This document shows, one piece after another, positions 8,991 through 13,664 of a stretch of 13,664 nt of DNA. Below the pieces are notes generated by a model, which worked only from the letters and a program-made list of their open reading frames with translations, was not told where the DNA came from and did not search any database. Every line of letters starts with the position of its first letter. Positions within the stretch are counted from its first letter, which is position 1. Made by a program: the position numbers and the translations under genes. Origin of the DNA: Gammaproteobacteria bacterium (GTDB lineage: Bacteria; Pseudomonadota; Gammaproteobacteria; GCA-001735895); assembly GCA_050298595.1 (NCBI GenBank), contig JBNKUM010000119.1:1-13664 (forward strand), read 5' to 3'.

Positions 8991-9111
8991 AGTGAATTTG
9001 TATTCTAGTAGGTGGAAACCATGCTACAGCATAGTTATGCCGGTAGCCTAAATTCTCTGACTCCGCTTGAAAGCGGGCATCATGCGCTCAGACAACAGAC
9101 AGCCAGAGCAC

Positions 9112-9138
9112 AAAGGGGCTGTCACAGACAGCCCCTTT
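9112..9138 (-). terminator. Intrinsic terminator of the rpsF-rplI operon
   Basis: Perfect 12-bp inverted repeat AAAGGGGCTGTC-ACA-GACAGCCCCTTT downstream of rplI. Confidence 0.75.
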
Positions 9139-9203
9139 ATTGTAACAAAACTGTTACCGAAAGAAGAATCAATTATCCCTATCGGTAGAACAGATTTTAT
9201 AAC

Positions 9204-9656
9204 TTATTCTTCACCAACGATTTCGATCACAACAGTAGCGATCACATCGGTATACAGGTGGATATCAACTTCATGCTCACCTGTATTATGTAGAGCGCCT
9301 TCTGGTAAACGTACATCGCGTTTTTCAATTGCGGTACCAGCCGCAGTAATTGCATCAGCGATATCAACAGTGCCGACAGAACCGAACAATTTACCTTCGC
9401 TACCCACCTTGGCAGTAATAGTCACTTTCTCTAGCGCTTCGATAGCAGCTTTACGAGCCATTGCTGTCGCTAAAGCTTCTGCTGCTGCTTTTTCCAGCTC
9501 TGCCCTTTTGGCTTCGAATTCAGCCATGTTTTCAGCAGTTGCTGGTTTGGCTTTGCCACCAGGGAACAGAAAGTTACGTGCAAAACCAGCTTTAACACTA
9601 ACCTTGTCACCCAAAGAACCTAAATTATCAATATTTTCCAACAGAACGATTTCCAT
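9204..9656 (-). CDS. rplI: 50S ribosomal protein L9
   Basis: MEIVLLENIDNLGSLGDKVSVKAGFARNFLFP and GKLFGSV. Confidence 0.99.
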   Translation of the reverse strand: MEIVLLENIDNLGSLGDKVSVKAGFARNFLFPGGKAKPATAENMAEFEAKRAELEKAAAEALATAMARKAAIEALEKVTITAKVGSEGKLFGSVGTVDIADAITAAGTAIEKRDVRLPEGALHNTGEHEVDIHLYTDVIATVVIEIVGEE

Positions 9657-9672
9657 AGGATAAGCCTCTCAC

Positions 9673-10578
9673 TTAATCATCAGTATTCACAGGGACAGAT
9701 TTCAATTTTGCTCGGAAATCCATCCAGTTATCTACAACCCCCAGTATTGCGGTTACACCCGCGACCTGAGGAAAAATTATCATCGTCATATACAGTAAAC
9801 CTAACAAAGCAGATTTCCTGTAATGCCTCGACCAGCTATGTGCGACTGCCAGCCCCTGAAACAAAAACGTTAACACTACCACCATCAACAGCGCTGTTAG
9901 CCAGTCTTGCTGTAATAGCATACTGGCAATGCCCAGTATCAAAGCTAGTAACGCAATGCTTTTACCAAATCGAATGGCATAGAATTCATCACGAAATCCT
10001 CTCGATTCGGACAATCTGGACTGAAACCAGCGACCAATCAGTAACGAAACAGCAAAAATAAAATACATCACCGCAATCATCAGCATGGTCATACTGTGTA
10101 CGACATTTTGCAGGCCTGTTTCAAGCTGCTCCATGTCTATACCCGGCTGCTGTTGCATATCCTGAAACATAAGCCTCAGAATTTCCTTCAACGCATCTTC
10201 TGCGCCAGGCCACAACATAAACTGTAATGCTACGGCTATCATCGCCAGCCCCATTCCCACCATAAAGGTAAAAGAAATTGAACGCGTTCGACGTAAAACT
10301 TCAGCCAGAACCATCACGGGTAACCATTGAACTAGCCCAATGGAGACACCCATTATCAGTGATTGCGTCAGCAAATAACTGACTGCGGTTATCCCGACGA
10401 TTGAAACCAGAATCACTCTGGTTCCTGACACCAGACCCTGTGTCAGAATAATCAGGCTGACTATCGCACTACTTAAGATGGATAGTAGCGGGATAAACAG
10501 TGACAGTACCGCAAGGATACCTGCCACTGTTGCTGCATGCATTGGACCTTTAAGGGCATATCTTGCTATTGCTAACAT
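9673..10578 (-). CDS. DUF2232/YybS-like multi-pass membrane protein
   Basis: Highly hydrophobic, FQGLAVAH and C-terminal GVVDNWMDFR; occupies the usual position between rpsR and rplI. Confidence 0.85.
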   Translation of the reverse strand: MLAIARYALKGPMHAATVAGILAVLSLFIPLLSILSSAIVSLIILTQGLVSGTRVILVSIVGITAVSYLLTQSLIMGVSIGLVQWLPVMVLAEVLRRTRSISFTFMVGMGLAMIAVALQFMLWPGAEDALKEILRLMFQDMQQQPGIDMEQLETGLQNVVHSMTMLMIAVMYFIFAVSLLIGRWFQSRLSESRGFRDEFYAIRFGKSIALLALILGIASMLLQQDWLTALLMVVVLTFLFQGLAVAHSWSRHYRKSALLGLLYMTMIIFPQVAGVTAILGVVDNWMDFRAKLKSVPVNTDD

Positions 10579-10606
10579 GACTGTCCTGTAAGGCCGAAGC
10601 CGTTAA

Positions 10607-10831
10607 TTAATGCTGGTCGGTATATGGCAGCAATGACAGAAAACGAGCGCGTTTAATAGCAGTTGCTAACTGGCGCTGATATTTTGCCTTGGTACCGGTT
10701 ACTCGACTTGGTACGATCTTACCGGTTTCGGTGATGTACTCTTTCAGAGTTTCCAGATCTTTGTAATCAATAACTTCAGAGTCATCTGAGCTGAACTTAC
10801 AGAATCTTTTACGACGAAAAAAACGTGACAT
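10607..10831 (-). CDS. rpsR: 30S ribosomal protein S18
   Basis: IDYKD...[13 protein letters not shown]...[19 protein letters not shown]. Confidence 0.99.
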   Translation of the reverse strand: MSRFFRRKRFCKFSSDDSEVIDYKDLETLKEYITETGKIVPSRVTGTKAKYQRQLATAIKRARFLSLLPYTDQH

Positions 10832-11307
10832 TATTCTTCTCCCTCAGGCTTGGTTTCAACGGCTTCTTCTACAGCTGCTTCAACTACAGCGGCAGGAACT
10901 TCATCAGAGGCTAAAATTTCTTCATCAGTTTCTTCATCAGTTTCTACACGTGCTGGTTTACGCTCAGACTTGGCAGATTCTTCTTTCTCAACTGCAGACA
11001 TCATAGGTGACTTAGTAGTAACCGCATCTTTCATGACCAGAGTCAAATGACGCAGTACGGCATCGTTAAAGCGGAAGATAGATTCCAGTTCTTCAAGAAT
11101 TTCACCAGAACATTCAATGTTCATCAGCACGTAATGGGCTTTGTGGATTTTCTTGATAGGGAATTCAAGATGACGACGACCCCAGTCTTCTTCACGATGA
11201 ACTGCACCGCCAGAAGCTGTGATCATGTTGCGATAGCGTTCCACCATAGCGGGGACCTGTTCGCTCTGATCCGGATGGACCAGGAATACTATTTCGTAAT
11301 GTCTCAT
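10831..11307 (-). CDS. rpsF: 30S ribosomal protein S6 with long acidic tail
   Basis: [42 protein letters not shown]. Confidence 0.99.
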   Translation of the reverse strand: MRHYEIVFLVHPDQSEQVPAMVERYRNMITASGGAVHREEDWGRRHLEFPIKKIHKAHYVLMNIECSGEILEELESIFRFNDAVLRHLTLVMKDAVTTKSPMMSAVEKEESAKSERKPARVETDEETDEEILASDEVPAAVVEAAVEEAVETKPEGEE

Positions 11308-11360
11308 AACATCCTCATGGAATAAGCCCCCTGTCTACGAAAACAGTGGAGCGAGAAGTT
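11308..11360 (-). promoter_or_regulatory. Probable S6:S18 ribosomal protein leader RNA
   Basis: Minus strand: hairpin GCUCCACUGUUU/AGACAGGGGGC, unpaired CCA, and outer stem UUCUCG/UGAGGA that sequesters the SD. This fits the known S6:S18-binding motif. Confidence 0.6.
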
Positions 11361-11366
11361 TAAGGA

Positions 11367-11401
11367 GCGCGGATTCTACATGAGCACAACGGGTATCGCA
11401 A
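11367..11401 (-). promoter_or_regulatory. Sigma70 promoter of the rpsF operon
   Basis: -35 TTGCGA (11401-11396), 17-bp spacer, -10 TAGAAT (11378-11373), GC-rich discriminator CCGCGC. Confidence 0.8.
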
Positions 11402-11509
11402 GGTTTGTTGGGCTTTTCAGGGGAATTAGGCAGGATTTGATCAGCCATCTTCAGATAAGGTTCGTAGAGTAGCCAGCATAAGAGGGCGAAGTTCTGGCCT
11501 GACTGATGA

Positions 11510-11788
11510 TTAAAGAGTCATTAGTTCGCGTATATCATCTGGAAACGACAGGCATAATGGATCATGTTCGACATGCCGCTCATCCATCCAGCCAGTGGGA
11601 TGCCTGAGCTGGTTTTCAAAACGCCTTGCCAGTTCATCACTAATAGGTTCGAAGGGATTATCCAGTAATACATCGAGTGTACCCTGCTCCAGCTTTATCT
11701 CCTTCAGAAAACGTTTCACAGCGGCCTGTCCCTGTTTGATTTCCCTATAACAATTGCTCAGATTCTGATGTCGTATTGCCTGAGCGAT
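11510..11788 (-). CDS. Small phage-repressor-like (XRE/Cro) HTH protein; start non-canonical or lost (possible pseudogene)
   Basis: The frame is open upstream of the listed GTG (11719) as far as TAA at 11800-11798, giving IAQAIRHQNL...ISDELARRFENQLRHPTGWMD, a pattern typical of repressor N-domains. SD-like TAAGGT lies 6 nt before the ATC at 11788. Confidence 0.5.
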   Translation of the reverse strand: MAQAIRHQNLSNCYREIKQGQAAVKRFLKEIKLEQGTLDVLLDNPFEPISDELARRFENQLRHPTGWMDERHVEHDPLCLSFPDDIRELMTL

Positions 11789-11910
11789 AAGGTGACCTTA
11801 AGGGTCAACCTGTCGGCAGCCTACCAGGTCAGCTACAAGGTTGATCATATGACTGTACTCGGCGGGCTGGAAGGCGTGCTGAAGGATACTGTCAGGATCA
11901 ATGTGTAATG

Positions 11911-11947
11911 TGAAAAACTGACTCAGGTAATAGGGCCTGAGTCAGTT
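11911..11947 (-). terminator. Intrinsic terminator downstream of the RT
   Basis: Perfect 12-bp inverted repeat AACTGACTCAGG-N8-CCTGAGTCAGTT (11916-11947) running into UUUUU on the minus strand, about 50 nt after the RT stop. Confidence 0.75.
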
Positions 11948-11995
11948 CAGGAGAATTATCATCCCTACCCTGGATACTCGGAAAACAATCCTCTC

Positions 11996-13297
11996 TTAAC
12001 TCTTTGAAAAATCGATTCTCTGATATAAGCTTTTTAACTTCTCTGCTTTGACTGGATTCAAAGTATTCACATATTGGATACGACCCGACAGATAGGCGGG
12101 GAAGTCTGGATGATTATGCCTGTTCTGACTAGCCGCACCATGACGGATGCAATTATGTAAAATCGCTTTTAATTCATCATAGTAGCGGCGGTCAATGTTA
12201 GGCCTATTATTGATGATGATGCCCACCAGCTTCTGTCTTTGATGGCTGGCTTTTCGACGAGACTTTTTAAAATTAAGCTCAAGCCCCTCTTCAATACATA
12301 TACTGCCGACCAGTGGCTCTAAAAAACGCCAGTCGCGTGACTGATTGGTTGAAAAAGCCAGGTCATCGGCATAGCGCGAATACGTCAATCCTGCACTTTT
12401 AGCTAAACCACTAAGCCGACGATCCAGCCTCAGCATAACGGCATTGGAAAGCACGGGTGAAGACGGCGCACCTTGCGTCAGATGTCGTCTCTTAACGCGC
12501 TGACGTTGTTCCGGATCAAGTTGAGATAACTCAGGCACGTCGGACCTGCATCGATGTGTGCACAAATTGGTTAGGTTAATGGATATCAGTTTGTTATAAC
12601 CAAGATTTCTGAAAACCTGATAAACCGGCAGCCAATCGATAGATTGAAAAAAATGTGCCAGGTCATAAACCAGTAAATAACTTTTACCGCTATGCTTACT
12701 GGCATGGCTTAGACAACTATGCTTTGCTCGAAAACCATGAGCTGCTTTATGAATCGGCGCGTGACAAAGAATATTGTTTGAGATTTTTTGTTGCAGTGAT
12801 TTCAATAAGGTTTTAGGTGATTCAATCAATCGTACCCCACCACTGCGTTTAGCGATGCAATGATAGTGATAGTGTCGCAAGTGATCAGGACAAACACTGT
12901 TGTGAGATTTTACATCACATAACCAATCTAGCTGCGGGCCTGTAATACCAAACCAGAATAAAAGATCATTAATAGTTTCAAGCTGAGGTGAACCGGTATT
13001 TTCATCGCGAATGGGTACATTGCCCTGCAAAGAATATTCAACAATTTTTGGCTTTTCTGGTGACCATATAAACCAGGCACCTAAAAGTGGGTGCTGGGCA
13101 AGAAAGTGAGATATATCGTTCTGAGCAGGCTTTACAGGAAAAGCGAGTAGTAGCTGATTTACCAACTGGTCAATATCATCGGGTAAGTTATCAATAGCTA
13201 GAATCGCACTCGACAACAGGGTTGTATAATGCCAGTCCACACTGTGAAACCAGCAGCTTAATTGATGAACAAAATAACTTCGCTGTCGACCATTCAA
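11996..13297 (-). CDS. Retron-type reverse transcriptase with N-terminal extension (433 aa)
   Basis: IAKRSGGVRLIESP, HKAAHGF (region X), DLAHFFQSI, LTQGAPSSP, YSRYADDLAFS (YADD at 12373-12362), QKLVGIIIN (region Y variant). TTG start with SD GGAGAG. No maturase or endonuclease domain. Confidence 0.93.
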   Translation of the reverse strand: MNGRQRSYFVHQLSCWFHSVDWHYTTLLSSAILAIDNLPDDIDQLVNQLLLAFPVKPAQNDISHFLAQHPLLGAWFIWSPEKPKIVEYSLQGNVPIRDENTGSPQLETINDLLFWFGITGPQLDWLCDVKSHNSVCPDHLRHYHYHCIAKRSGGVRLIESPKTLLKSLQQKISNNILCHAPIHKAAHGFRAKHSCLSHASKHSGKSYLLVYDLAHFFQSIDWLPVYQVFRNLGYNKLISINLTNLCTHRCRSDVPELSQLDPEQRQRVKRRHLTQGAPSSPVLSNAVMLRLDRRLSGLAKSAGLTYSRYADDLAFSTNQSRDWRFLEPLVGSICIEEGLELNFKKSRRKASHQRQKLVGIIINNRPNIDRRYYDELKAILHNCIRHGAASQNRHNHPDFPAYLSGRIQYVNTLNPVKAEKLKSLYQRIDFSKS

Positions 13298-13351
13298 AAC
13301 ACTCTCCGTGGGTTAAGCCGAATCTGTGGTTTCAGGTTTAAATCAATAAAA

Positions 13352-13500
13352 AACGGACACCCAACTCACAATCCGCATGAACTGTCTTGCACACAGTGCA
13401 ACAGCGTTCCTGCCACGTTAAGGAAGTAATTACTTTACCCTGGGGTTGCCCCAGAGCCCAATAAACACCTGGTTTATCGGCCAATACTTGGGTATCCGTT
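13352..13500 (-). ncRNA. Retron msr-msd RNA
   Basis: a1/a2 arms AACGGAUACCCAA (13500-13488) and UUGGGUGUCCGUU (13364-13352) form 13 bp with one G-U. G at 13487 faces G at 13365. Hairpins at 13480-13458 and 13457-13437; msd-type hairpin at 13375-13413. Ends 54 nt before the RT start. Confidence 0.85.
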
Positions 13501-13536
13501 CCTTAGTAAGGTATGAAAATATAAATCAAAAATCAA
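13501..13536 (-). promoter_or_regulatory. Candidate sigma70 promoter for the retron RNA
   Basis: TTGATT (13536-13531), 17-bp spacer, TACCTT (13513-13508), then 7 nt to the first base of the RNA's 5' arm (13500). Confidence 0.35.
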
Positions 13537-13664
13537 TGTTCTAATCGGGAACGATTGATTTCATACAGACAAATCCCAGTCGCTACCGATACATTCAGGC
13601 TTTCTACCTGCCCCTGCATCGGCAGCTTGACCAGATAATCGCATTGCTCGGCGGTCAGGCGGCG
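13533..13664 (-). CDS. rlmB: 23S rRNA Gm2251 methyltransferase, 3' end (partial, not in the ORF track)
   Basis: Manual translation [43 protein letters not shown] contains the SPOUT motif SLNVSVA. The rlmB-rpsF order is the expected synteny. Confidence 0.92.
   Translation of the reverse strand, partial: RRLTAEQCDYLVKLPMQGQVESLNVSVATGICLYEINRSRLEH

Noticed and set aside
9067-9663. 198-aa plus-strand ORF and the other antisense ORFs over the regulator, kinase, peptidase, alr, dnaB and rps genes
   Set aside because: Shadow frames of well-supported genes, with no recognisable motifs.
10607-11307. Absence of priB between rpsF and rpsR
   Set aside because: Ordinary for many non-enteric Gammaproteobacteria.
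11996-13297. RT as group II intron, DGR or CRISPR-associated RT
   Set aside because: No maturase/endonuclease domain, intron domain V, TR/VR repeat pair, avd or cas gene is visible. Retron region X/Y motifs and an a1/a2-bounded RNA are present instead.
1-13664. CRISPR array
   Set aside because: No regularly spaced direct repeats found.

Overview
Gammaproteobacterial chromosomal window, mostly on the minus strand. The right half is the conserved block rlmB(3' end)-rpsF-rpsR-DUF2232-rplI-dnaB-alr-tRNA-Arg(ACG). Between rlmB and rpsF lies a ~2 kb accessory insert, the most interesting element here. It contains a retron-type reverse transcriptase (11996-13297, -) preceded by an unannotated ~150-nt msr-msd-like RNA (13352-13500) with a 13-bp a1/a2 stem, a G opposite G at the stem end, two msr hairpins and an msd hairpin. 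The RT is followed by a terminator and a small repressor-like HTH ORF that lacks a canonical start. No intact toxin or effector gene is visible, so this looks like a stand-alone (or effector-decayed) retron. Left of the tRNA is an accessory region with an internally deleted RAYT-like transposase remnant, nested short repeats, an M36/M4-like metallopeptidase with a C-terminal Ada-like Zn domain, a PAS kinase/NarL-family two-component pair with a repeated candidate operator, a small secreted protein and the end of a MITE-like element. All calls come from reading the sequence by eye; no searches were run.
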